Shown here: in pieces, positions 1 through 12,581 of the stretch
How the letters are laid out: each line of letters starts with the position of its first letter
How positions within the stretch are numbered: the stretch's first letter is position 1
Assembly: GCA_965603825.1 (NCBI GenBank)
Contig: CBFDEM010000035.1
Coordinates: forward strand, 496,001 to 560,000
From: Blepharisma stoltei ATCC 30299
Taxonomy: Eukaryota > Protista > Ciliophora
DNA length: 64,000 bases
Direction: 5' to 3'
Position numbers and translations under genes: made by a program
Notes under the pieces: generated by a model
What the model was told of the DNA's origin: nothing
Databases searched by the model: none
The model's input: the letters and a program-made list of their open reading frames with translations, nothing else

Positions 1-1044
1 AGGTGGAGAATTTTAGAAGAAAAAGAAAGGGAAGAGCTTTTTCAGGACTTTTTAGATGAGCTCGAAAGAAGAGATAGAGAAAAACAAAGGCAGCTGAGAA
101 AGCAGCAAATGCAAAGTTTGAGGAAATTATTGGATGACAGAGAGGATATCGACCATACCATGAAATGGGGAATCATACAAAGACTGCTTGCTGAGCATCC
201 TTTATTTAAAGCAATTGACAAGTTAGACCAGCTAACAGTGTTCAGTGAATATGTTTTGGATACTGAAAAGCAGGTAAGTGAAGCTAAAAGACTAGAAGAG
301 CGCACAAAGGCTAGAAAAAGAAGAGAAGCTTTTAGAGAGCTATTAGAAGATCTAGTGAAAACTGGAGAAATCAATGCTGCTTCTCATTGGCGGCCAATAG
401 TCCAAAAAATAAAAGATGACCCGCGATATCTCAATTTAGTCGGCCAGCCAGGATCATCCCCTCAAGAACTCTACTCCGACATAATAGAAAGAGAAAAAGA
501 AAAAATAAAAGACCACAAAGAAGCCTTATCAGACTCCCTCCTTAATTTCCAAATCACCCCTACCACCACTTATGAAGATATTTTAGAGCATTCCAGAGAA
601 GCCCTCGACTCAATCCCTGACAACCTTCGTGTCATTGTTTTTCGTGTCCTCTATGACGAAGCCATGATTGATTTAAAAGACAAAGAAAGAAAAACCCAAA
701 AAGAGCTCAACAAATACGACGACTACTTAAAATCCAACGCAAATATCGCCTCAAATTCTACATATACAGAATTCGAAAACGAAATAAAAGAAAAATTCGT
801 GAATTTATCAGACACCCAGCTCAGAGATATTTTTAATAAATTCGTGGAAAAATTAAAAGATGAAGAAGCAAGCGAAATCGAGCCTGGAGAAATAAAAAAT
901 AAAAAGAGAGACAGGAAGGAAAAGGACCATAAAAAGCATAAGCATGATGAGAAGCATAAGCACAAGCACAGAAGTTCGAGATCCCCAGTAAAATTCATAT
1001 AGAGTCATAAAAAGCATAAGCATAAACACAAGTATCAAGATTAA
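1..1044 (+). CDS. PRP40: Pre-mRNA-processing factor 40-like FF-domain protein, 3' part (5' end outside window); intron 988-1002
   Basis: Frame is open from base 1 (RWRILEEKEREELFQDFLDELE). FF-repeat motifs include REAFRELLE...W..IVQKIKDDPRY and GQPGSSPQELY. Removing the 15-nt intron extends the K/H-rich tail (SHKKHKHKHKYQD) to TAA 1042-1044. Confidence 0.85.
988..1002 (+). other. 15-nt spliceosomal intron
   Basis: GTAAAATTCATATAG, phase 0, in-frame TAG, A at -6. Confidence 0.85.
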
Positions 1045-1053
1045 CTGTAGTTT

Positions 1054-1734
1054 TTATCTAAGATCTACTATGGAGCCTAATTCTTTAAGTTTTTGCACCA
1101 GCTCATTAGCTTGCTCAGTTGGGAGCTGCTTTCCTATCAGCAGAGGCTCATTTACGATAGCTTCGACTTTGTCTTTAGCGTCTTTAAGGCCAATATTTAG
1201 GATATTTTTGACTTCTCTTATAAGCTTAAGCTTTCCATCTGGGCTAAAACCTCTTACAATGACATCAAAATTGGTTTTTTCCTTTTCCACAGGCTTTTCT
1301 TCTTTCTGCTCTTTTGGGGCTTCACTAGCTGCAGCGCTCATTTGGAATTCTCCTGAAATGACTTTTTCTAAAAATCCGCCTTGGAAATTTATGTTTACTT
1401 TGATATTTTTCAGGATTTCGAAATTGTCTGGGGTAAGCTCTGGCCAATCTTTGGCTTTTTGGATTTTTGGAGTAAAATCGTTATAGAGAGCAGGGTCTAC
1501 ACCTACTGTTTCTTGGTATTTGTCACGGAAAAGCTGGTAGAGGATTTGCTGCTCTTCTTCAGACATTTCATTGATCACTTCTGTAAGAAGATTGACTTTA
1601 TTGAGCTGAAATGGAGATAAAGACGCAAGAGCTGCCTTGTATTGTCTAAGTGAAAGTTACTGTTCTTTTGTGGCCTTTAGAATCTGAAGCTGCTCAGATT
1701 TAGATAGGAACCTCTTGATGCAATTTCTAAACAT
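1054..1734 (-). CDS. MRPL12: Mitochondrial ribosomal protein bL12 (L7/L12), 221 aa; intron 1646-1660
   Basis: C-terminal domain EKTNFDVIVRGF..DGKLKLIREVKNILNIGLKDAKDKVE...KLKELGSIVDL. Presequence-like start MFRNCIKRFLSK at ATG 1734 joins via a 15-nt intron. Confidence 0.9.
1646..1660 (-). other. 15-nt intron
   Basis: GTAACTTTCACTTAG, phase 2, in-frame TAA if retained. Confidence 0.9.
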
Positions 1735-2105
1735 ATAAATAGATTATTAAAAATGGAAAATTTATTTAATAAATTAATTGAGAGTAATTCTTGAAATATC
1801 ATCATTTAATAGATATTTTCTTTTCAATAGATATTAAATCACAAATGTTTGGCCAATTAGTAAAATTTTTATGCTCAATTTAATTCAAAAATGATATTAA
1901 AGCTGATTTATCATTATTGAAATCTGTCACTGAGCTTAATTCTCAGCTCATGATAAGAATTTTCCAAGAAATTATACTTGAAATATTTTTTATAAAAATT
2001 ATCTATCTTTTCTGCAATCAAGTTAACTTCAAATTAGCATAACTGCCATCAAAATTTATTTTTGAGAAATTTTAATAAGGTAGTTTAATCCTTAATAAGA
2101 TTAAA

Positions 2106-5100
2106 TTATTCTGATTTAGAGAGAAGCTCTTTAATCTCATTCATCTGCTTTTGGTTTTCTTCTTTAAAAGCTGTGAAACTTTTATTCATTTCTTCAATTT
2201 TCCCTAGAACTTCTTCTTTGTCAGCAGATCTCAGAACATCAACTTTGTTTTCAAGCCTCTTAAAGTCATTTGTATGGGTGATGCTTATATTATTGATTGA
2301 CTTATGAATAGTCACAAGTTTAAGCTTTAGTTCTCTGACTTTCCCGAGCCAAGTATCAACCTCCATAGTTTGTTCTTGCTCACCTAATACTTGGATATAA
2401 AGTGCTTGCCCTAGTCCTCTTTTCCAGTAAAGCAAAGTTTCAGCTTCCAGGACCATTTCAGCAAGTTCTTTTAGGTCAGATATTTCTCTGCCATCTTGAA
2501 CTCTATCATAGGTATCACCCATGATTGAAATCAATAAGTTCAGCATAATCAATGGATTTATGACTGAAGCTAGGAAAAATATTATCCAATCAATCGTGGA
2601 GTATCCTGCAGTATCAAAATCTCCTAAGTCAAGTCTATAAGAAATAGTTAGGTAGCTAGCAAAACTGTCGCCTTCTCCTTTTGTAATTGCAACAAAAATG
2701 AGTGAAAATGCAAGAGTTGAATAGAAAAGTAAGGCTAGAAACGACGTCATATCCGAAAATACTTCAGAAATTAAATCGATAAGATAACGTGTTTTTTGGA
2801 ATAAGCGGAAATAAGAAATCCCTCTAATCCAAGAAAGCAAAGTCAAGAAAACGAACAGCTTCTCATTTGCCTCAAGTCCGACTTCTATGAATAAAAGCAC
2901 TGCATACACAACACATGTAAAGCTTCTAGTCAAATCCAAATAATTCCATGGATCAGACCAATAATCAAGCCCTGCAACGCCCATCTGGAAAACTTCATAT
3001 GAAAGCAAAAACAGATTTATCGCAAAAATAGGAGCTAAAAATGCCACTGAGCCTAAAAAGTTCGTTGTGTATATAGACAATAGCAATAAATAAGTCCCAT
3101 ATATCAAGCCTTGAAGCCTCATGATCCATCTAACAGTTTCCCATTTTTTGTTTAAAATCACTTTGATAAACCTTGTCCTAAAAATATCAGGATTTGGGCA
3201 ATCAATAAGGCTTTCCAAAAAGTTAACACTCGCTTCAGAACCAATCTGGGTGTCAATCTTAACATAGCTGCTCCAAAACTGGATTGATTTTCCTTCATTC
3301 TTGTACATTTCTTTAGGGGCGAACTTATCAGAAATAATTTCATTTGTGTTAGATTCCAAGACAACTGGCAAGCTTGCCAAAGGATCGATGAATTTTGGAA
3401 GGGTAATGTCTTTTGATGGAATTATTAAATAGTTATAAAACTCACTAAGGTTTGCATAGCCTTTTTCGTTAAGTTTTACAAGCAAATCTTCAACTAAATA
3501 TAGAGAATAAGGAGACTCATTGACTTTTTTCTCTAGAGAGCCGAGGATTATATTAGCACAATCAGTGAAATCTCTTTCAATACATAAGGACAAAGGATTT
3601 CGCTTCATGATTGAGTTGTAAATTGGAGACCCTAAATGAAATGCTTGCTTTAGATGGAGTTGAAGATTAAAATAAGCATAAAGATGGACTGCATTCATCC
3701 TCATTGGAGCTATAAGCCACTTGTCCATCTCTGGGTCGTGCTCAACTTCTTCAGCATTAATTAGCTTCGCTATATAGTCAATGATCCCTTGAGATGACCT
3801 TTCTGGACCATAAAATCCAAATTTTTCTGTACTCATTGGGTTTTCTTGTATAAATATATTTGATTTTTCGACCACATACAAGGTTTTATCATCTGGAGAA
3901 CAATTTACAGCTAAGCAAAGGTCATCAAAAGTCAAATTTGTGATATATGAAAAATCACGGTAATTCCAAAATGACACTTTTTGGTCAGTCGAGGCGACAA
4001 TGAAGTATTCTTCATCTTTTGAAAAATAAACCCCATTGATTGCTCCTGTATGAAAAGTAACTGTTTTGTATAAAAATAGTTTGTTTATACTCCATATCTT
4101 AAAAGTGCTGTCCCAAGAGCCAGATATGAGGATTTCATCGTTTCTTGACACTGCAAGGCATTTTATTTTTTTTGTGTGTCCCAAAAGCTGGCCTTTCTCA
4201 GAGCCGATATTAAGGTCATATAAAACTATAGACCCATCTTCGCCACCAGTTATAAGTGTGCTAGAGTCATGAGTTGTGGCAAGAGACCACACAGTGTTTT
4301 TATGCTTCCTAAATACGTATTTCACTGGTCTTTCTTGGTTGCTTGATGGATCTCTATACTCAGTCACTGTAATTCTGTTTTCTGTATCTCCAGTAACATA
4401 ATACTTCCCGTCAGGAGTACAGCAAACTGCTTTAACAGTCACATTTGAAAGCTCATTTATACTGAAAGGCTCATAAGTGTCAATATTCCACATAATCATC
4501 TGTTTTTGTGACGTGCAAGTAATCAAGTAATTTTCGTCTTGTGTCAGTGTCATTGCATAAATTCCAGCCTCATGTAGAAGCTCTTTAACTTTGACTTTTT
4601 TAATTGGGTCCCAGATAATTGCTTTTTTATCATTTGCATTGGTGAAAATTAGGTCTCTTTTTTGAGAGTATAAGCAATTGTAAACGTTTTCTGTGTGGCC
4701 TGTTAATTTTCATTCGTTATCAAGATTTACTGGGACTTTTCATACGAGGATTCTGCAGTCTTCTGAAGTTGTGTAAATTGATCGTTGATCATCGCTAAGC
4801 ATCATTGATTTGATCCAATTTTTGTGTCCTGTGTATACAATCTCTTTTCTATCGTGATCTAATGACCAAATTCTTACAGTTTTATCATTGCTGGCCGTGA
4901 TTACTACTTTTTCATTATCTAAAAATTCAATACAAGACACTCTTGCTTCATGTCCTACTAACTGTCGCAATAAGCTCCAATTTTTGCAATCCCATATAAA
5001 GCAGCCTGCATCATTATCTCCAGCAGCTAGCATTGATTTTGACTTCGAAAATTTGATGCCCCATATACTATTTGTCGGTCCATCTAAAGTTTGTAAGACA

Positions 5101-5774
5101 TTTTTATTTTTTAAGTCATACACAAACACTGTTCTGTCAGCGCCTCCAGTAGCAAGCCACTCTTCATCTTCAGAGACACTCATACACAGTGACCTATCAT
5201 TGTGCTTATAAATAATTTCTGAGCTGCCATCACTTAGGTCCCAAATTCTGACACTTTTGTCATCACTACAAGTGTACATGGTTTTTTCATCACCTGAGAA
5301 AAAGATTTCACTGATTTTTCCTTCATGTCCTTGGTACTTTTTAACTAACTTAAAATCGCTTAGCCTGTATTTAAAAATTATTGCGTCTTTTCCCCCGACA
5401 AAAACATACTGATCATTGTTGAAAAGGGCCAGTGCGTAGAGGCCATTGTCAGACAGTTTCACATCATTGGTGACTTCTTTGGTTAAGCGATTGCAGATCC
5501 CAAGCCTTCCTTCGACACTGCAGAAGACAAAAGAAGATTTGTCTTTGGTAAGTTGCAGACAGTTCCCTTTGAATGGAATAGGAATTTCATCTGGCTTCAT
5601 TCGCATTAGGTTTTTAAGGATGCTTTGGATGTCACTTCTGGAATCATTGGCAGGGAAAGAGGTGAAGAGATCGCCGATATTAGGATTTGCTTTGAGTTTT
5701 AGCTCGATGTCTTGACTAGTCGAAGAATTTGCGAGACTGCTAAGCAGAGGAACTTTGAGCTCCATATTAGCCAT
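2106..5774 (-). CDS. WD40-repeat + ankyrin-like + TRP-like 6TM cation channel, 1222 aa
   Basis: ORFs 4740-5774 and 2106-4553 join in frame through two TGA=Trp codons (RILV-W-KVP, DNE-W-KLTGH). Many GH...WD repeats. C-terminal WSDPWNYLD, SWIRGISYFRLF, LGDFD pore and IMLNLLISIMGDTYDRV S6-like segment, followed by a coiled coil. Confidence 0.85.
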
Positions 5775-6441
5775 AATTTAATATAAATCCTATTAGAGCT
5801 TCATTAGTTATGGATAATTAGAAGCAGGCAGTCTTCAAGCAGGTATTTTTAACTGAATAATTTTTTCTCAAAATTACGGTTATTTTTTTTTGAGTAAGGT
5901 CGCAGTTGAAAACCAAAAAAATATATTGGATTCATCAATCTAATAATGTATTTTGTGCTTCCCAGTCATAAAACATTGAGCTTAGTCAAATCATTTCATA
6001 AGTCTCTCTACTGAGCTGTTCTGGTGGTAAACGATATTAAAAAAACATAAATGGCAAAAGACCCAAAATAAAGTAATAATGCTAAGATGGACAGAATTTT
6101 TAATTACTTGAATTTTATTCAGATCACATACGCTTTAAATGAAGGATAGCTATATTATAAATGCTCAATTAGAAAGCTGTTTATACTTTTATATTCTTCT
6201 TATTGATAAGAAGTATTATTAAAGTTTTTATTATCAATTAGAAATCAGAATTTATTTATACGCACTTGGCTATGTATAATAGATATCTAAAAGCTGAAGT
6301 AAATCAAATTTAAAAAATATTTTTAAAGATTAAAGCTTATTTATGATATAGAATCTAAGATTATCCATAAAAACACAATGAATTTTAAAAATAGAATTAG
6401 CGGCTGTATATTTAGATTTCATCATATAGTGAATAAATATT

Positions 6442-7608
6442 ATGATAAATATTCTCCTATTAGGATCTTTTAGCTTTATACTTGCTAAAGACCTTTCTTT
6501 TTATCATAATTTAGTTGAAAACGATGTTGTAAGCTTAGCTGATCAAGCTGCAGCATGTCCTAAATACGTTTGTAAGACACCATCAATTTCTTTTAGTGAA
6601 GACACTTGCATTTACCTTGATATGCCTGCGTCAACTTATTACGCCCAGCCTTGCACAGAAAGTTCTTTATCTTGTCAGTCTGGTCCTGAAAATAACTCGA
6701 CATGTAAAGCTCGACCTAGTATTTACTCAAGCGGCTTCCCAGGTGAAGGATGTCAGACCTCAGCAGACTGTGCTGTCGAAGACTATCAAGGATGCGTTAA
6801 TTCTATATGCCAAGGGGCTCCAGAAAATGCTGCATGTGTATATACTTGGCAATGCAATCCAGGCCTTACATGTAATACCACCACAAATACATGCACTCCT
6901 CAGTTAAAAATTGGAGAAACAGGCTGCACTTTACTAACAGATTGTGTGAATAACGCAGCTTGCAATATAACACATAACGTTGGGACTTGCTTTGAGCTAG
7001 GCTCTTTTGAGCCTCATGATTTTGTGAGCGATTGCAGCTTAAGTAATGGTGTATCAGGGACTAGCAACTTATGCTCTTCGTGGAGCTGTGAGGTGACTAA
7101 TAATGCACATTTTCGATGCTTAGATCCTGTAAAATCAAACCAGCAGCTGCCAGTTAAATGCACAGCCACAGGAAGTTCTGGATGCGCCTCTAGTAAAGAT
7201 GAATTTTCAGGAATTCAAGTCCCAGGTGATTGTGAATGTGGTTATAACCCTGAAGGAGATTCTTATTGTGCATTATTCCCTGGTGACCCTCAATATCAAG
7301 CGTTTATCAAGCAATCTAATAAATGGTTTCAAAGCAAAGGCATTTTCTCGTGCAACACAGCTGCAAGATTCCATTTCCTTTGTATGAAGACTCACTGGGA
7401 CTCAGATAATTATAACAAGTACGTTTACTATAATTATTTGATTGAAGATTATCCTTTAATGCAGTCAAGCCTAAGTTGTGTGTTAGACACCATGCTGGAA
7501 CCATATGCTGAGGCAAAAAAGAGCTACAATGCTGGCGATGATGATAGTTCAGATGCTAGCCATATCAAGCTTTTAGCAGCATTTGCGTTGGCTTTTGCTG
7601 CTTTTTAA
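6442..7608 (+). CDS. Cys-rich secreted, probably GPI-anchored surface protein, 388 aa
   Basis: N-terminal signal peptide, many Cys, CECGYNPEGDSYC motif, small residues then a hydrophobic C-terminus (DDSSDASHIKLLAAFALAFAAF). Confidence 0.8.
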   Translation: MINILLLGSFSFILAKDLSFYHNLVENDVVSLADQAAACPKYVCKTPSISFSEDTCIYLDMPASTYYAQPCTESSLSCQSGPENNSTCKARPSIYSSGFPGEGCQTSADCAVEDYQGCVNSICQGAPENAACVYTWQCNPGLTCNTTTNTCTPQLKIGETGCTLLTDCVNNAACNITHNVGTCFELGSFEPHDFVSDCSLSNGVSGTSNLCSSWSCEVTNNAHFRCLDPVKSNQQLPVKCTATGSSGCASSKDEFSGIQVPGDCECGYNPEGDSYCALFPGDPQYQAFIKQSNKWFQSKGIFSCNTAARFHFLCMKTHWDSDNYNKYVYYNYLIEDYPLMQSSLSCVLDTMLEPYAEAKKSYNAGDDDSSDASHIKLLAAFALAFAAF

Positions 7609-7883
7609 AAGATAATTCAATTAAAAATTTGAATTTATTCCGGCTTAAACACTATAAATAAATATCTAAGACCTTGAAGCCAAGAATATTTGAGAATTCA
7701 AGCTTTAACGATTTCAAATAAAAAATTTTATAAAAATATTCTCCAATTGATAAGTAGTGATGTGGTCGTTTATTCGCAAGTATTATAAAAATTTTCATAA
7801 ATATTAATTATATATATTTTATGATTTTCTTTGGTCCAGTTTAATGAAACGTATTATTTCTAATTTATCCTTTAAGATATTAA

Positions 7884-9956
7884 ATGGAATCATCATCTAG
7901 CTCTGGCTCTTCAAATAATGATTCTAGTGATGTAGAACCGCTTGACCCTAGCTATTTTGCTAATGCTAACCAAAGTATAAAAAATGAGCAAATCCCCAAG
8001 CCAAGTCTTCAAAATCGAAAAAATTCTCAAAAATTAAGCAGTTCTTCATCAAGCCCGTCCAGCCTTATAATCAAAAATAATAAAAACCCCAGCAAAGAGC
8101 ATGATGCACAGCAACAAAAAATTCCTCAAGTGAATCTTGATGCAGTTGGAATGAGCGAATCTGATAAAGACATCGATAATCTTCAAAAACAGTCTTATGT
8201 CCTTAAATTAAGTATGCTACCAGCTCAGCCAATTCCTGCAAGAAAATTAGACTCCCCAAATGATGATCCAATTTTTGCAAAAAATAAGAGCAATCAAAAT
8301 TATTCAATTGAATTTAAGGCAAATAAAAATATAAAGCAGGAAAGTGAGCTAGTAAATATTGAAGAGGGAAAAAGCAAGGGAAAAGGAGAAGAAAAATTGT
8401 GAAATGTCAAAAATGCTGAAACAGAGGATAAAAAGAAAAATAGAGAAATAAGGGTTGAAGAGATCAAAATTCTGGAAGAAATTTCTGGAGTAAAAGATCA
8501 TGAGACTGCTCAAAAGAAAAAAGATAATGTTAAGCTCTTTGCAGCTAAAGCAAAAGAACAACAAGAAGAGGAAAAAGCTAATGTAGGTACAACTGAGCCT
8601 TTAAAGTCGTCAGAAATAGTAAAAAATCTGAATATCCAGCCAAAAATTCCAAAAAAAAAATCCCCGAAAGAGAGAGATTCAGTCTCATCTATTGACAGTA
8701 GACCTTCTGTTAGAGGTAAAAAACAAGATTTTAAGTTTGATTTCCCAAAAGATTCAGAAATTTCAAACCAAGACAAACCTAAGTCTTCCACAAACCCAAA
8801 CAAAAACCAGAAAGCAACTTTATCACAAAAGTACAAAAATTTAGACAGTTCTATTTCCTCATCTTCTTCATCTTCTGATGAAGATTCACAAAAAGAAATA
8901 AAAGTTCTTGTAAAGAAACCCGAAAAATCTCAACTAAATTTAGAAATCAAAAGCAATTCTCCTCTATTTAAGTTAAATGCAGAAAAGAAAAAAGAAAGCC
9001 CAAAGATTGAAGTTTCTATTAAAAATGAACCTGAGCCTGAAACAATTGACAAAAAAATTCCTGAGCTTCCTTCAGCAGTCCAAGTTGCTAGAAAATTAAA
9101 AAATAACCCCAGTGATTTGCAAAACCAAGAAGTCAAGCCTATAGATCCACAACTAGAGCCACCAGTGGAAAGATTTCATAAAGAAATTGGATTAAGTATA
9201 CCAAAAAATCGTGAAGAAGAAAGTGTTAATGCTGATACTGAAGAAATAAAATGCTACACATTTGACGATGCTCTATCCATATTCAAAAATCTAAAACTCC
9301 CTAAAAGCTCCTCAAGAGTAATGATAAAGCCAAGCTTTTTTGCTAGATTATGTGGGTGTTGTGGGAAAAGCAATGTTAAGCTTACAAAAGAGCAAGCAGA
9401 AGACTGTGACAAAATCATCAGTTTTTCTGAGACGATTTTTAGAATGTCCCAAGCATTCCATAAAAGTTTACTATTAAGTGTTTATTGCAGCATCACAAAT
9501 GAAACCTCCTGGCCTCATTCCTTCAAAAAAATCGGAATTTCTAACTTTGATAAAGAAACCAAACTCAGAGGCATCCCACAATTTTTGATATTTATGCTAT
9601 TTTTGACCAATTTTTTTACGAAATCAACCAAAGAAATGCTTGAGGCTTCAAAAGATAAAGAAAAAGGGTTTCCTTTTGCGCCTTGCCTTTTAAAGCTAGG
9701 AGAAATCGCTATAAAAGTGCTAAAGGCAAACAAACTCAATAAATTCATAAAATCAAACAACAAAACATTTGAAGTTATTTTTTTCTTTTATATAGGGATT
9801 GTTCATTACTGATATAAAAACTTCACCCAAAATAATTCAAATATGAGCCAATTTGATATGATTTATAATAAGACGTTAAAAAAAGCAATGGGAGGTCCAA
9901 ATGACCTTATATTGTCAGCAAGATCGACTTTTGCAAAACAAAGTAAGAATATATAA
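7884..9956 (+). CDS. Protein with long disordered N-terminus and divergent C-terminal ELMO/CED-12-like domain, 690 aa
   Basis: Same frame through TGA 8400-8402 and 9810-9812 to TAA 9954-9956. Motifs KIGISNFDKETKLRG and GFPFA resemble ELMO GFQG.DP.TDFRG and YPFA. Confidence 0.65.
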
Positions 9957-9967
9957 ATAAAAATTAA

Positions 9968-10732
9968 TTAATTAGTCTGACTTCTCCCCAAGGTACTTGA
10001 ACTTGGAGAGCGATTTCTGATTGAAATCAATAAATTACGAACTGATTGTCCTTTTTGTTTATTAGTAGGACTAATAGATTTAGCTTTGACGTTAATAAAG
10101 ACGTTTGAATGATGACGGTGCGGCTTTATGTCTTTTGGATGGGAATAAGAAATTTTGGGGTCGTTGCCGGATTTGAATTTTTCTTGGGTATTTTGCCAAG
10201 TCATAGTAGAAACCACAGTTATAGGAGTATTTTCTATTGAAACTGGACTCGATTCTGTGTTTGTATAGTAGCGATTTAATTTTCCATAAAAATCACTTGA
10301 CCTGATTATCATTGGATTTTGACTTTTTGCTCAGTTTTTCTCATTTTTCGATGGTGATGGAGTGTCGTCTCCATATTCGGACTCTTGAGTTATCGTTCTA
10401 ATCGGAATCAAACTGATAGACCTTACTTTTAATTGCTGATTTGTGCTATCATTTTCTTCAGCATTAAAATTCAAGCTGATCTTTTTCATGAGTTTTTCTT
10501 TTGTCGCACTCATAATTGTAATTGCTCGGTTATTTTTCCTTACCATTTCAGTAGCTTTTATAATTGCAAACGGATTAGGATTCACATCTTGTTTAATAAG
10601 TAGTTTTTCTTTTGCAGCCACATTTATTTTTACAATAGACCGGCGTGGAGACCTCTCTTGAGTCTTTTGGTCACTTATATTTGAATCTAAAGATTTATTG
10701 AACTCTTGGCTACCAAAAATTTCATCATTCAT
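9968..10732 (-). CDS. Hypothetical S/K/R-rich protein, 254 aa
   Basis: ORFs 10331-10732 and 9968-10312 join in frame via TGA=Trp. Confidence 0.7.
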
Positions 10733-10743
10733 TTTATTAAAAT

Positions 10744-11385
10744 TTAATTATCTAATTTTTTTAACTTTTCATTAATTCTCCCAATTAATATCGACACATT
10801 GAGATTCCCATGATGGATTTTTTTCATGACTCCTACGATTTCTTTAATCACGTCTTCCCTCAGCTTGCATTCTTCGTCTGACATTTTTACAGCTTCCCCA
10901 TTCATATTTCTCATTTTTTCTTCTAAATCTTTCAAATTATTTAGTTTTTTAGCTAAATTTATAATGTAAATTAAATTTGATCGGTCTGATATAGGGAGCT
11001 GGCTTTCTGCTCTTTGGCAAATTTTTTCTCATTCTTCGATAGTGGGCTTTGGGAAGACTTGACGGTCGTCTCAGACTTTTAGGACTTTTCGTATGTCTTG
11101 GATCTGTGTAGGATTTGTAGCGGAAATGGTGAAGGCTCGTGGTAATGCGAAGTTGAACATAGATTTTAAGGTTTCGTTGTGGGATTGCTGGATTATATCA
11201 TTTGCGAGAAATAAAAAGGCAATTTTTTGAGAGCTTGTTTCTAAGGATTTTGATCATGCGTCGACTATGCTTTGAGTTTTAGAAGGGTTTGAGGTAAGAA
11301 ACTCTTGACACCAACGAGAAGCAGTGTGAATTTTTTCTTGTGTGGGGTCTAAGTGCTCCAGGAGATCTTTGAATTCCTGAATCAT
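10744..11385 (-). CDS. RNA Pol II CTD-interacting-domain (CID) protein, RPRD1/Rtt103-like, 213 aa; mostly absent from the ORF track
   Basis: MIQEFKDLLEHLDPTQEKIHTASRW...SIVDA-W-SKSL..KIAFLFLANDIIQ...RKVLKV-W-DDRQVF. The TGAs fall at conserved CID Trp positions. Confidence 0.85.
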
Positions 11386-11479
11386 AAATATTATAAGTCT
11401 AGGGGGACTAAGGTATTTATTTTATATTAAATTTTGATAATAAAATATCTGAATTGTCTAGATAGATAGTTGTAAAAGT

Positions 11480-11755
11480 ATGGGAGGAAGGAATGCCAAA
11501 AAGAAAAAAGAAAAGCAAAAACAGCAGCAGCAACAGAAAAATGCAAAAACTCAAGCAGTTAAAAAGCCAAAAATATTGAAAATAATAGAAGAGCCAGCTA
11601 TTGTAGAAAAGACTGCAGGGGATGGTGGAACCCAAGGCAGTCCTTCAATCCCTATATATATGGATGAAGAAGGCGACATTGGAAATGAATTTTACATAGA
11701 ATCGAATGGAATTCTGACAAAAGTGAGAGAAGAACTTTTAATTAAAATAAGATAA
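11480..11755 (+). CDS. Small hypothetical protein, basic N-terminus, 91 aa
   Basis: ATG-TAA ORF with coding-like composition between two genes. Confidence 0.55.
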   Translation: MGGRNAKKKKEKQKQQQQQKNAKTQAVKKPKILKIIEEPAIVEKTAGDGGTQGSPSIPIYMDEEGDIGNEFYIESNGILTKVREELLIKIR

Positions 11756-11785
11756 CACCAAATATTTTACTTAAAATGAGTTATA

Positions 11786-12376
11786 ATGGATTATAGCTTC
11801 GATAATCAAGTCTTAGAACTATCAGATTTCACAAAATTATTTGGCCATACCCCAGGCGCAGTATCATTATCCTTAAAAATTGCTTTAGTCGGATACCCAG
11901 CAACCGGAAAGACCACATTTTTACGCAAATTCACAGATCAAGTAACTCCACCCACACATATCCCTTCCTCAACCTTAGATCTTGCTTCAGAAGTAATTAG
12001 AATGCCAAATGGGCTAGTTGTTGAAGTTTTCCTTTATGATGTTCCAGGACAAACTCAGTATATTGAGCTACCCAAATTATTCGCTAATAGATGCCATGGA
12101 GTTATTTATTTTTTTGCGCATCATTATGCATATAGCTTTAATCGGCTTGAGTATTTATTGAAATTTACTGAAAAATATTTTCTTGGAAATTGCTATAAAT
12201 TGATTGTTGGGAACCAATTTTCTAATAGAGAAAATGAAATTCAACCGTATGAAGCTTATGAGTTTGCAGGACAAAAAGGGCTGGATTATATAAAAATTGA
12301 TCTAGTCAATGACAGTAAAGTTGTAGATCAATGCATCGCTTATTTTATCTCAAAGTTTATCAAGGAAGAAAGCTAA
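11786..12376 (+). CDS. Divergent Rab-like small GTPase, 196 aa
   Basis: G1 GYPATGKT, G3 YDVPGQ, degenerate G4 (VGNQF), no C-terminal Cys. Confidence 0.8.
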   Translation: MDYSFDNQVLELSDFTKLFGHTPGAVSLSLKIALVGYPATGKTTFLRKFTDQVTPPTHIPSSTLDLASEVIRMPNGLVVEVFLYDVPGQTQYIELPKLFANRCHGVIYFFAHHYAYSFNRLEYLLKFTEKYFLGNCYKLIVGNQFSNRENEIQPYEAYEFAGQKGLDYIKIDLVNDSKVVDQCIAYFISKFIKEES

Positions 12377-12581
12377 ATGGAAAATTGTTAATAAATCAAT
12401 TGGAATTATATAAAATTCTTTATTTATACTTCAATATATTGAATTTCAAAAAATTCAAGTTTATAAATAAAGTCTTTTATACTTATTTATCAATAAATAT
12501 GTGGAACATACTATGAATAAATAAGTTTTTATATAATATAAACTACATGTATTTTCATATAAATTTTATAATTTATAGTTA

